DNA of 58,657 nucleotides, the filler included, from Sphacelaria rigidula (taxonomy: Eukaryota), in the NCBI GenBank assembly GCA_964200075.2. It is 7 parts of 7 records of this genome, joined end to end, with 100 filler letters (N's around TTAATTAATTAA, not from the genome) between each part and the next. Parts side by side here need not be neighbours in the genome. Positions count along the whole stretch, not along the records: positions 1 to 8,294 come from CAXNAA020011617.1; positions 8,395 to 16,688 come from CAXNAA020011618.1; 5 more parts are not named here. The stretch is one strand, 5' to 3'. The notes beneath the pieces were generated by a model. The model saw nothing but the letters and a program-made list of their open reading frames with translations, had not been told where the DNA came from and ran no database searches. Shown piece after piece: positions 1 to 12,500 of this stretch (positions are counted from its first letter, which is position 1; every line of letters starts with the position of its first letter). The position numbers and the translations under genes were made by a program.

Positions 1-109
1 CCGACAAAAAAGTCATTGGGCACCATCGCTGAAAGTGTGGAGAAAGTGCTGTTTTGGACTCGAACCTCATTCCATTGATGAACCTCATTTTATAGAATCC
101 TCTGTTAGT

Positions 110-400
110 GGCGCGATTTAACCGTGAATAATTCACGGCGATGCATATGTTTCCATCCTTTGTGGAAACGATCACGAGTGGCGAAGCCCAAGGCAAGGAG
201 CAGTGTTATTTTACTCTTGCTCCCATATATGCATCTAAGATGTCATCTACTTTCATGGTAAGGACAAAGTTTGTGCGGTACGGTCGAGAGGAGACTGACG
301 AAACGCCAGCATAAAGTGCATTTCCGATGGGCAGCGTTTTGCACTGGCCAACACGCGCCTTGGATCGACAAAACCGGTCTTGGTACTTTAGCAAGACATC
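110..400 (-). mobile_element. Decayed Ty3/Gypsy reverse transcriptase fragment
   Basis: The minus strand reads LLKYQDRFCRSKARVGQCKTLPI..VSSRPYRTNFVLTMKVDDILDAYM, then after a stop HCSLPWASPLVIVSTKDGNICIAVN..RLNRAT. This matches the RPYR / SPWASP-VIV-KKDG-R-VNY-LN start of Gypsy RT. Stops and frameshifts are present. Confidence 0.75.
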
Positions 401-654
401 GCTTAATTCTCAGACGACAACTGGTTCCCGTTCTGATATGACCAACAAACCAGCATGCTTCTTCTGCTTGATCCTTTTTGCTCACTTCTTTTTTTGTGTC
501 GATAAGACAGGGCCCATGGAGGGGATCGGACAAAAGCAGAAAGAGGGTTTACACACGAACAACTTCAAGCGGCGCGAAAGCTGTATGATCGAAGGAGGTA
601 TGTCATAGGAGATATACAACGTATTCAACTCAGGGCGCCAACAAATCGCAACCC

Positions 655-3600
655 CATGTTCCTCGAAAAAGCAAAGCCTTATGCCCCCCCCCGTCCCCCG
701 TCCGACGGAAACTTCGCTTCCCACGAGGCATTATATGGGTGGCATGGGGAGTGTACCACCAAGGGCCAGGACATACCCTAACCTCGACTTCCTCAAGAAA
801 GCTTTCTTTCTCCCCGTCCCCCACTGGGGCGACAACAACCGCCAAACTCGATTTCCTCGACGAACAAGTCACCCCCTTCGTAGCCCTCACTCCCACGCGT
901 GTACTACCGTTGCGACGAGAAATTCCGAGCTCTACTTCCTTGACGGGCAAGTCTGCCTCCGCACCCCCTCCCCTCCTCCTCCCCCCTGCCTGCACGACCG
1001 ATTTCAACGCGTATATACTACTAGGGCGGCAAAATCTTCCAACCCTTACCGCTCTAACGAACCATCCATGTTCACCAGGTCTTCAAAACCCCCGTCTGCT
1101 GTAAGTCCCGCCTGCCAAGAGGGATAGCATAGGCTACATATGGTGCATACCACACAGGGACAACGGATCCCAAATTCGACTCCCCCATCAAGCAAGCAGC
1201 GCTTTTCCCCCTTGTCCACCTCCATACATCAATCCTCACAACCACGCGGCATACATTCCATGGTGGGTCACAGCAGAGCATCTCACTCACGGCGTCATCA
1301 TATTCCAACCTTGATTTTCTCCATGAGTTTTCCTCTTTTTTCTGCGTTCCCTCTCAAGCGTGTAACACCAGGGACACAGCGGCTCCCGACCGCGACTCCT
1401 CCAACAAGCAAGCTCTTTTCCCCTCCCCCCCCCCCTCCATACATCAATGTCGCCCGCCACGTGGCATATCCTAGGTCATACTCGCGGTACCGCACTTGCG
1501 GCGCCAATTAATCTCAACCTCCCCTACTCCACAAGCCAGTCCTCTTCCTCTCCCACCTGCCCTCCCACGCGTACATTACCACGGTGAGAACGTATCCCAT
1601 CTTGTACTTCCTTCCCGTAAAGCCCGGTATCTTCCCGTTCCCCACCCTCATGAGTCAATTGCGTCCGCCACGCGGCATACCATAGGCCATGAATCGAGTT
1701 CCTCACGGACGGCGCGACACAAACAGAACCTCGACTACCACCACGAGCCCGCGCTCTACCATCCCCGCTTGCCCTCTCATGTGCACACCACCAGAGCAAC
1801 AACGGACCCCAACCTCTACCTCCTCAGCGAGCAAGCCCTATATACTCCCCCCTTCCCCATCCCCACATCCATACGTCAATTCCGCCCGCCATGCGCCAGG
1901 TCGCATACGGAGTACCTTTCTTACGGCAACACAGAATCCCAACCTCAATTGTCTCCACCAGCCAGCCCTCCCCAACCCCCATCTACTCTCTCACGCGTGC
2001 ACCACCAGGGCGACAACGGGTGCCAACCTCGACTTCCCCAACAAGCAAGCCCTCTACTCTCCTTCTGCATTTCCATACGTCAACTCCGGCAGCCACGCGG
2101 CATACCATAGGCCATGGACGAGGTACCCCACTCAGGGCGGTGATATATCCCTACCTCTCCGCCTCCACGACCCAGCCTTCTGTCATCCCCGCCTGCCCTC
2201 TTAGGCGTACACTACCACGGCGACAAAGAATCCCAACCTCTACTTCCCCCACGATCAAGACCTGTGCCCACCTCCATGCGTCACTTCCGCCCGCCACACG
2301 GCACACCATTTATCATATATGGAGTAACCTTCGAACGGCATCACCAACTTCGAACCTCGGCTTTCTCCACGAACTAGCCCTCCCCATCCCCACCAGCATG
2401 TTGGAGGTGCCTCTATTAGGAGTAGGAACGGTGCTCCGTCTCGAAAGGGACGCGTGGTCAATGGTCAAACGACTAAGGCAAGCAACAAATGAGTACGCCC
2501 CCCCCTCCCATCCCCGCCTGCCCTCTTGAGCGTTCACCACCAAGGCGACAACGGATCCCAACGTCAACTTCCCCATCCAAACCCTACCTCCTCAGCAAAC
2601 AAGTCCTGCCTACCCCACCTTCCCATCCCACACACGCCAACGCCATCCGCCACGCGGCAAACCATACCCCATATACCGAGTGTTTCACTCAAGGCACCGA
2701 TATATCCCCAGCTGTACTGCTCCATGAACCCGACCTCTTTTTCTTCCCATCCATCTTCTACCTCCCCAGCAACCAAGCCTTGCCCCCCCCTCCCATCCCA
2801 CACACGTCAACGCCGCCCACCACGCAGCATACCATACCCCATATATGGAGTGTCTCAATCAAGGCGCCAATACATCCCCAGCTGTACCTATCCACGACCC
2901 AACCCTCTTCCAGCCCATCCTGCCCTCTCACGCGCATACCAATGGGGCCACAACAAATCCCAACCTCTACCTCGTCAGCAAGCAAGCCGTGTCCACCCCC
3001 TGCTATCCTACACACATCAACGCCGCCCGCCACGCGGCATACCATACCCCATATACGAAGTATCTCACTCAAGGCGCCAATACATCCCAAGGTGTAGTTC
3101 TCCGCGACCCAACTCTACTGCTCCCCATCCTGTCCTTTCACGCGTACACCCCCGGGGCGACAACGGAGCCCAACCTCTACCTCCTCAGCAACGAAGCCCT
3201 GTGCCCCCCCTTCCCATCCCACACACGCCAGTTCCGTTCGCCACGCGGTACACCATACCCCATATACGGAGTGTTTCACTCGAAGCGCCGATATATCCCC
3301 AACGGTACTGCTCCACGAACCAGACCTCTTTTCCTTCCCATCCAAACTCCTGCTCAGCAACCAAGCCCTGCTCTCGCCTACTATCCCACATACGCCAACG
3401 CTGCTCGCTACGCAACACACCATACCCCATATACCCAGTGTTTGAGTCAAGGTGCCAATACATGCCCAGCTGTACTTCTCCACAACCCAACCCTCTTCCA
3501 GCCCATCCTGCCCTCTCACGCGCACACCACCGGGGCCACAACAAACCTCAACCTCCACCTCAACAGCAAGCAAGCCGTGCCCCCCCCTCCCATCCTATAT

Positions 3601-5560
3601 ACGTCAACGCCGCCCGCCACGCGGCATACTATACCCCATATTCGAAGTACCTCACTCAAGGCGCCAATATATCCCAAGGCGTACTTCTGCGCGACCCAAC
3701 CCTGTTGCTCCTCATCCTGCCCGTTCACGCATTCACACCACCGGGGCGACAACGGAGCTCAACCTCTACCTCCTCAGCAACCAAGCCCTGTGACATCCCC
3801 GCCTTCCCTCTCAAGTCTCATTTCGCAAAACAATCCCAGTCTCATTTCGCCACGAGCCAACCCTCTGACATCCCCACCTGCTCTCTCACGCGTCCAACAC
3901 TGGGGCGACAACAAGCCCAAACTCTACTTGCACAACAAACAAGCGCTGTCCCTTCTCCTCCCCCACCCCCATACCTTTATTTCTACCCTCCGCGCGGCGT
4001 ACCATGGGTGATATGTGAAGAACCGCACCCAGGGCACCAACGAATCCCGAGGTCGAATTTCTCCACGAGCCAGCCCTCTCCCATCTCCACGTTCCCTCTC
4101 AAATCTACACCATCAGGGCGCCACACAAATTCCAAGCTTCACTACCTCCACGACACGGCCCTGTCCTACACCCGCCTACCTCTCTCGTATACACCACGCA
4201 GGGCAAAAACAGATCCCAACGTCTGCACAAGCGGGCTCTGCCCCCCCCCTCCCCACCCCCATATGTCAACTCCGCCCGTCACGCGGGATACCACACATCA
4301 CATCCGGAGTACTTCACTCAGGGGTCCATCAAAGCCCAACCTCGACTTCCTTCACGAGGCGGTCCTCCCCCATCCCTGTCTGCCGCCTCGTGCCTACACC
4401 AACCAAAGGCGACAATAAGTCCCAACCTTGATTTTTGGGACACGCGAGCCCTACCCCTCACCCTCCCAATCTCCGCATGCCAATTCCGCCCGCGTCGCGG
4501 CATACCGTAGGTGACCTACGAAATACCTCACCAAGGGCGCCAGAAAATCTCAAGCCCCATTTCTTCCAAGAGCTACTCGTAGCCCTCTCCCTTTCTCGCC
4601 TGCCCTCTCACGTGTGCACCACGCAGGGCGAAGAGCAAGTCCTAACCCCGAATTCCTACGCAAGCAAGCCCTCACCCCTTCCCCCCGCGCCCCGTCCTGC
4701 GCATATTTAGCTTGCTGCGCGCTACACCATAGGTGATAACATTGAGTATAACTCGCAAGACGAGGAGAAATCATTACCTCCACCTACTTCACAAACATGC
4801 TCTCTACTTCCCCATCCTCCTCCCACTGCATGAACCGCCTAGGTGAAAACAAACCCCAACCTCGACTCCCTCTCCACAATCAAACTCCCTTCCCTCTCCC
4901 CACTCCCTAGCGTATGCCGCGAGGCCGCCCACAATCCCAAGTTTGACTTCCCCAACAATGCACCCCTCCCGCCCCGGGCCCCCTTGCTGTAAATCCCGCC
5001 TACTACGGGGCACACGGTATGCGGAATACGGTGTGCACCACCCAGGGCTACAGCAACTATCACGCCGCATTTTCTCAACAAGCACGCCCTTCTTCTCCAC
5101 TAGCGTTCACTCCCACGCGTATGCCGCCAGGGCTACATCGAACCCCCAAGCTCGACTTTTAATGAGCCACCCTGCCCCCCGGGGCCTTCAACTCTCCCTT
5201 ACGCAAAATTCCACCAGCCATGACGCATGTAAGGAGGAATATGCAGAGTCACATCCAGAGCGATCGAACATTACGAAGTCGACTTTCTCCACAACCAAAC
5301 CCCCACCCTTGCGCTTCTCACCCTCAAGTGACAAATACGCTTGTCATGAGGCGTACCATACACGATATACGTGGTACATTACCCAGGGCGAAACTACGCT
5401 CCAACTTCGACCCCCTCTACGCGAGCAAGCCCTTCCCCCCCGCTCCCCCTCCGCAATTACTTCCGCCGGCCACGACGTGTACCATGATCACCCATGGCGA
5501 CAGTAACTCCCGAGCTCGACTGCCCCTACAAGCAAAGTGCCTTGGTGCCCAAAGATCCAA
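655..5560. repeat. Degenerate C-rich tandem satellite (about 210-bp higher-order unit built from shorter subunits)
   Basis: Recurrent motifs GCGACAACGGATCCCAACCTCTACCTCCTCAGCAA..CAAGCCCT, CGCCACGCGGCATACCATACCCCATATAC and CCCATCCTGCCCTCTCACGCGTACACC. Best-preserved unit starts are near 2545, 2945, 3158, 3535 and 3746. Strong C/G strand skew. Confidence 0.85.
2398..2505 (+). mobile_element. 5'-truncated LINE 3' end with poly(C) tail, inserted in the satellite
   Basis: Reads VGGASIRSRNGAPSRKGRVVNGQTTKASNK*, then GTACG and C8. Homologous to 16289-16641, 8143-8235 and 50376-50463. Flanked by similar CCTCCC(C)ATCCCC(A/G)CC sequences. Confidence 0.8.
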
Positions 5561-6533
5561 ATCTTAGTCAATGTTCCACATGATTTTCTTCGTAAGTGGA
5601 CCATGGAAGGACCAGCTCACACCACGCTACGTTCTCCGCGTGATAGCGCCTCCTGTTCTACCCACGCACTGTGTTCACGCTCATACGAGGTGTGTGTGCA
5701 AGGATCAAGCACCACTCTTGACAGTTTATGTCCTGCGATCACAAAACGAACCCATCCGACGTCCGCCATGAATCATCACACGATCATACGGCCCAACTTT
5801 TTCTCCATTTCGAAGCTACAAGCTTAGGAGCATGAGATGCATCCCATTGCACGTAATGATAGCAACGTGGTTTTCAACACTTCCTGCCTTCATGTTGGGT
5901 TTCCATCATCAGATTACACACGAACTGATATATCGCAGGACGTCCACCACCAAACATCACTACCGCCATCGCCTTCGCCTTCACAACCTGTCATCCCAGA
6001 CTGTACATGCGATATCTCGTGAAATGCCGACGTCCGCAGTGATGACCAGCAGAGCTGCCAGCATCATACTGCACACCGTGGAAGACAGGGAATCTCATGG
6101 GCGACCTCCACAACCGAGCTGGACACCAACCAGAGACAGGGTAGGGTGGCGCGGGAGGGGAGATGAGGGAGTCGGAAAGGGTGCTCAGCTGCTGGATTTT
6201 CACTCATTTTCTCTAACCCCGTGATCGACAACATGTGTCCACCTCTTGAATCAGCATGACTGCTACTTGAAACGCGACTGCCATATTCAGGCGTTCATCG
6301 TGGGCACTGAAAGGGTTATTTCCTCCGGTACTTTCCTCGGCACCCGTCCGTCATCTCAAGCATCGATCCATTTACCCAACTCTCCCCCAACAGGGCAGGG
6401 CGAGCGGCTGGACCTCAGTTGGTATGGATGTAGGCCTTGCTTGGAGAGCGCTCTATTGTTTTCATCCCGCGCGTTGTTGGTACTACTGTAATATGGTGGG
6501 TGGGAAAGGTAGCGAGAGCGCTGGTTATGTGCT

Positions 6534-8108
6534 CTACATCAATGCTTCCAGCACGTTCCCAGGCAGAGGTGAGGTGGTTGAGCCGTCGAAAATGCCTCGA
6601 GGGCACAGTATGGACTCGGCAACAGCAATCTGTGGCATGTGATCGACACTAAAGTAGACATAACGAATAAGATACGAACGCAAAGAGTTGACGTTTGACT
6701 CGTACGGCATTTCATTGCGTGGGAATAGTTCAAGTGATGGGTCGTTTGCATCTTGAATTGTTTTGTTGCTTGCTAGTGTACTCTGTTGCCAGCAGCCCCT
6801 CGGGAAGCGTTTTGCGTTGCATAAGGCTCCACGAGAATGGGGCCATGTTGATACTGGTTGAGCGTGAACCGTGCGGTGTACGGCATCACAAAGGCATACC
6901 GTATGTGGAGTCCCATGTTATGGGCTCTTAGGCCGCGTGTGTGCGGGGAGTATCGTATCGGGGCGGAAGGCATTATAGTATGATACGGCCCAGCACAGGG
7001 AATAGTGGTATATCACACGGCAGTATAGCGTATAGTTCCACTACACAAATACCGCTCTCCGCCTTCTTCGGCGGAGTGTTTGGGTTCCTTCGCCTGGAGC
7101 ACGCACGCGTATCATATATTGGACTACGGCTGGATTTGCGTTGGATCCGCTATGATAGATGCAACCATCGACCGATTAAAACGCGAGAGCGAACTCGTGA
7201 TTTGTTGACGACAGTATTACCAACACAGTCGGTAGGACCAGTTATCTGACGCCAATCACTCAATCGACCAGCCAGCCGACCCACCATTTCGCTTCGAGAC
7301 GTACCGCCCATGCCGGCGGATTTGAGCTGCCTGGCCCTTGCTTGCCGAGCCTTTCCCACAGCAAGGGATCGCTTCACCAGATCCACCACCGCGTAGCCTT
7401 CTGCCCGTGCCCCTGGATTCCAGCCTGTTTTAGACTTAGCCTGGGCATACGTATATAGGTTATTCAATTGTAACGTCAAATACGAGGGCCAGTCATTGAG
7501 TGCAGCCAACAAGAGAGTTTAAGCAAGAACAGAGCGGAAATACACAGGTTCAGGCATGCGCACCCTTTCCAGTAGCAACAAAGGTGCTCCGAGTACGGGA
7601 CGCACCCTGGGATACCCGTGATCCCGGGCCAAGGTACTCGGAGTAGTACAGTACCACCCGGTACTCGACTGGACGCAGGCTACTGTATCGATTGCCGAAT
7701 ATAGTCAGCAATCCAGGGGACGCAGGGCACCGACCACCGGAAATACTCCGAGGTGGTCGAAGGTATTCAGGGTATCGAGCGTTCAAAATACCCTACTTTG
7801 CACCCTACCCCACCCTCAGCACGTGCAAACTATGGCCTCGGGAGAAGCAAGTCGGAAACTTGATGCAGGTGAAATTAAGTTCATCGAACAGAGCAAAATG
7901 CACACGGAAATGCACGCTCCTTTTTCTTATTTTAGCACGAGATCAGGACAGCGCGTTCACGTAAAAATGTGGTGAGTCCTCCACAGACTTGCACCAATTT
8001 GACTCTTTCACGCCCAACAAAAACACCATTACTACATACAGCAAGAACGTGTCTCAGTTTGGAGGCCTCGAATGATTCCGACTCGGCATCACCATCGCCG
8101 TCATCTAC
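6534..8108 (-). CDS. Hypothetical protein, last three exons (8108-8040, 7440-7285, 6629-6534); 5' part lies beyond the segment end
   Basis: Three phase-0 exons with AG acceptors; the first two end at GTATGT and GTGGGT donors. They join in frame as VDDGDGDAESESFEASKLRHVLA-AKSKTGWNPGARAEGYAVVDLVKRSLAVGKARQARARQLKSAGMGGTSRSEM-IAVAESILCPRGIFDGSTTSPLPGNVLEALM*. No family recognised. Confidence 0.5.
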
Positions 8109-8142
8109 CTACCATTACACCCTTCAGTGGGTAAACAAGGGA

Positions 8143-8235
8143 GGGGGGGGCGTACTCATTTGTTGCGTGCCTTGGTCATTGGTCAAACGACTAAGGCGAG
8201 CAACAAATGGGTACCACCCCCCCCCCCCCCCCCCC
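8143..8235. mobile_element. Two very short LINE 3' ends fused head-to-head, tails pointing outward
   Basis: G8-CGTACTCATTTGTTGCGTGCCTTGGTCAT is joined to TGGTCAAACGACTAAGGCGAGCAACAAATGGGTACCA-C19. Both halves match the LINE terminus. Confidence 0.7.
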
Positions 8236-8294
8236 TTCCCCCGGCCCCCCTTCTGCGGGCTTAAATGGCACCGCAGAGCTTGTTGTAGTGGTGT

Positions 8295-8394
8295 NNNNNN
8301 NNNNNNNNNNNNNNNNNNNNNNNNNNNNNNNNNNNNNNTTAATTAATTAANNNNNNNNNNNNNNNNNNNNNNNNNNNNNNNNNNNNNNNNNNNN
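8295..8394. other. Artificial scaffold linker N44-TTAATTAATTAA-N44 (also at 16689, 25083, 33477, 41871, 50265)
   Basis: An identical 100-bp spacer, with stop codons in all six frames, recurs every 8394 bp. Confidence 0.97.
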
Positions 8395-9575
8395 GGCTAC
8401 ATACCCCACCTCAGCTACCAACTAGGTTGGGCGGCCGTTGCAGTGGTCGCTGCGGTCAGGGACGGAACATGAGTTTGTTTGGGGTTCGTCGCAACCGTCC
8501 CCCTACCTTGCCCTACCTCGCCTCGACTTCCCTAACTTAACCAGTCTCGGCCCACATCCGCTTTTTACTACGCCGCCGACCTCTGCTACTTATAGATGTG
8601 AAGCCGCCAGACGAAATCTACTACGTTTTCGACGGTTTCAATTTTTCGTTCTCGCCCAATCTCGCCGCATTTTTCAATCCAAGCTGGTTCGGGTGCTGAA
8701 CTCTAGTCAGGCCAAGTCACACTTGAGTCACTTCGGCCCCGGCGACGTTGTCTATTGTCTCTAAGGTTTCATGAATAGATTGCACATGGGGCATCATGAG
8801 GCAATGAACCAGGCGGTAGATATTCACCCACACAGCGCGGCGTAGACCGCTGGCTGTTTGTGTGTTCTCGCTGCTTCTGCTTGGCTCTGTGCTCTATACA
8901 AATGGTTGCCGTGATGGGAATATGCCCGGTCAGCAGTCACTGACCAAGGTTCCAGTCTAAAACCAAGTAACTTGTCCTTGAGTTGTTATTGTGTAGGATT
9001 TAGTATTGAAACGGCAGATACCACCCCCACCCACCCCCTAATCGGTCCCAAATGTAAAAGAAGGGGTGTGGGTCCAAAAAAATATATATATATTGTGCGC
9101 CCTTGCGCCATACACACATATTTTTGTGCGCCGATTACGTGCTCGAAGTGCTGGTGCTAGGTGACTAGAATTAACCGCGATTTTGAAGAGATGTGGAGCC
9201 AGATGACGTAATTTTCTTCCCTCCGGCGATTCCTCCGGCGGGGCCCCCTCCCCAGCCGCGGGGGGGCGTTTACGCGACCGACCCCGCCGGAACGCTGGCG
9301 GAGTCGCGGGGCGGCTTCGCCGCCAGTTATCCAGTTTTAACTTATAACTGCAAGTGATTGTATTTTTTTGCTACCAGTTAACTGGTTAGCCAAACCAGTT
9401 CATAACTACAGTGATTCGAGTAGGCAAGATGTCAACAAGCAACAACATCGCAAGCAGCGAGTATGCATGGCCAGTCTATCTCCGATCGTGGGTCTGAATG
9501 AGAGGCTAGTGTAGTCATCAGATACACCTGAACTGCTGCGTCCAGCAGGACACTGCGTGTTGACTGTCAGGACCC

Positions 9576-12500
9576 ATGACTGAATCCCAGCAGAAAGATG
9601 TAAGTGTCGCGCGACGCGGTTAACTTGATAAGTTTAATCGCTAAGCGTGCACAGCGCACCCGGCAAGCTGGGTGTAGCATCAGTAAACATTCGCCCGTGT
9701 TCCCTGCCGTACTGAGCAGCACTGTGTTGTCCCCTATCGCTTTACGGTACGGTACATGCCGCTGAAGACGCGCGCATAACGAAGCCTTGCCTTGGCGGCT
9801 TTCATTGACCGGAAAAGTAGGTATAGTAGTCCCTTCGCCCTTGCTTCTGATTCACACGGATGGTTGAATTCTAGCTACTGGCTTTGTGCACGCGCAACAC
9901 GCTCTGTGTATGTTGGCAGGTACCTGCTGAAATGGTGATTTCCGAAAAGTGGGACTCATGCCTGGAGAGGACAGTCATTAACTTTGGAATCGGCGTTGTC
10001 GCCGGGGGACTAGCCGGCGTTGTTCTCACACGTGAGTACCCTATCGTACAAAAAACTCTGCCCTCGAATAATGCATGCCCTTGTCCTCCTCCGCATTGCC
10101 AGCGTTAGAGAGCGAGGGGTGTTGTCGTGTGCAAATCCTTTCTGAGCAACGTACAAGGGAGCAACATGCCTCGAGTCTTGATTATTCGACTCAAGTGTAT
10201 CTTCGCGAGTAAGCTGCAGCAGTAGGATGACAGTCCAGCGGCGATTGTCAACGAGGCCCTTTCAACTCGTTGACACCCCACATTGCTGACTGTCAGTGCT
10301 GGCCTTTTAAAGAACATACAAGTCCATGGGAAAGTTGTTAGCCTATCGGTTGCTCCCTTCCTCACGGCGTGGCCTTGTATTACGTACGGTGGAGGAATCC
10401 GAATTGCACATTGCAGCGATATGGTATCGGAGACTCCTGCAGTGTACAGCAGATGAATGTAAATCTATCACGGGTACAGATGGGTACAGGGAGAACTCGG
10501 CCCCATCGCAGAGGCCACCCAGCAATAGCTGTGGTAAAAAATGGTAAATAAACAAGATATTTGGCCCTCTAATACACATATGATGGTTTGCAGTTTACCC
10601 TACAGTTATACATCACTCGCCAAACACACGCTGTGGGAATCTTCTTTTGGGATTGGTGCCGAGGACATAAATAGACTACAGTAGTGGGCGGTCTAACTTT
10701 TCATTTTGTGACATTTTATGATTTTTTCGTAACTGACGATTTTCTTGCACTCCTTTCGCTTGCCACCGCTTATCACATCGGGGATCTGAAGATATTTGTA
10801 TCCGCTCCACATTTCAAGAAATAGTCATCTGTACTCAATATTGATTGACTTACGGGCTGACCGGTCATTGAGGGTCCCGCCACGTTTCAGCCCAGACTCA
10901 TACTCTTCTGTATTTGCGATCGATCGAGCCCGTCCCGACCATACTTGTAAAAAAAAAAAATTCTGCCTACTCAGTGCACTAGGCCCGAAAAATTCTGTTT
11001 CACGGTCAAAAACACCCTCCTGTTGAACGTGGCATCCACTCGTTTCGCCCGATAACACCAACCAACACTGACTTGGGCACTGTGTGTCAAGGATGATCTG
11101 TTTTGTTCCACCAAAATCTACCGACGCTTGCAATTTCGAGTTCTATCGAAGAGTACTACGCGAGGAAAGCCCCAAAACACCCTTAAGTAGTTAGACCACC
11201 CACTACTGTACAGCGTTAAAACCAATACTTCGTGTACGAGCTGGTCCAGCCTTTACGCAAATTTGTACTTATCAGACCCCGCCTCACCTCAGTTATGAGA
11301 GGTTAGAGTTTTTAGTTTGTTGTCGAAAATTGAAAGGGCATGATGAAAAAAAATTTTGCGAGGCGGTAAGTTTTTCCCTTCATGAGTTGAACGGCATTGT
11401 ACCAAAGCTTCCGTGGTGCTTTATATCCGTACCAAATTTGAAATTCCAACTCTCAAAATTGAGGTTAGGCGGGAGAAATTTTGAAACCGGGCCGGTCAAA
11501 ATTTGGAACAGAGCTTTGCAGGCCACGTACCAGCCCAGGTTTGGTACTCGATCTTGAAAATTTTGTGTGGGACCTCGCCAGGGCATAATAGAGAGTCTCG
11601 GGGGGGAAATAGGACAGAAAAACTCGGGAATAATCAACAAAGTTTGGGTTTAAGGCCAGGGTACGACGAATCCCCCTAGTTGAACCCTGAAAACAAAACC
11701 CTGAGAAGAGAGACGTCGCCGGCAACTCAGGATTCATTTGATACTTTTGAAATAATCCCTGAGTTGTAAACAACCCCAAAACGTTGGTGCCCAACTTTGA
11801 GTTTCAGGACAAGGAACTCGACACCCTGCCCCACAATGACCAAGGTTAGAGAACCAGGGTTGCACATCGGATATCGATAATCGATACGATTTCGATAAAT
11901 ATTGGCGATATGCCATATCAGTATCGGAGCGTAGAAAACCGATATATGTGATATTTATCAATATCGAATATCGAATACCGATACGCTCGATATTTGTGTA
12001 TATTTTTCGTCACATTTGCTCAATTTTTCGAAACCGTCGTCACAGGAAACGCAGGGGGGGTTGTTCTTCCCGAGCGGCAGACCCCCAGTTGTAGAGCGCT
12101 TGCGAGTATAGCTGTAGAGCGCTTGCACGGTGTGCAGATTGATGCAGTATCTATTCGTAGGATGGGAGGCGACAGAGTACCCGCTGGTGCCTCGTGGGTT
12201 TGGTGATATGATTCAGCGGGGGTGTCTACCAACGGCAACATACGGGTGGTGTGGCGGAGTAGATATGAGGTCACGATCGATGCAAAGCTGCAGATAACAG
12301 TAGGAAACAGCTGTCCTTCGGAGTATGAGCAGATGGTACCGTCGCTTCGCCTTTCCTTCATGTTTGACGAGTGTTGGATTCTTTTTCCCTCCATCCATTA
12401 GTCTGGACATTCTAATTGTTGCAAGCCTAGTGGTTTTTTCTTCTTGGTTGGTGACACACACATATATATATATATATTGGCATCCCAAAATTAAAACTTG

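Noticed and set aside
2526..4418. 630-aa and 388-aa Pro/Ser/Thr/His-rich ORFs
   Set aside because: They lie within the C-rich satellite. Stops are rare because of base skew, and the same repeat motif appears in different frames from unit to unit.
655..5560. CRISPR-like or repeat-spacer array
   Set aside because: The whole unit is repeated and degenerate. There are no unique spacers between identical repeats and no cas genes, and the context is eukaryotic.
8339..8350. Regularly spaced TTAATTAATTAA palindrome as a biological motif
   Set aside because: It is embedded in N runs and is a standard six-frame-stop assembly linker.
6534..9599. Divergent gene pair (unknown gene and MIC10) sharing a promoter
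   Set aside because: The two genes are separated by an artificial linker and lie on different scaffolds.
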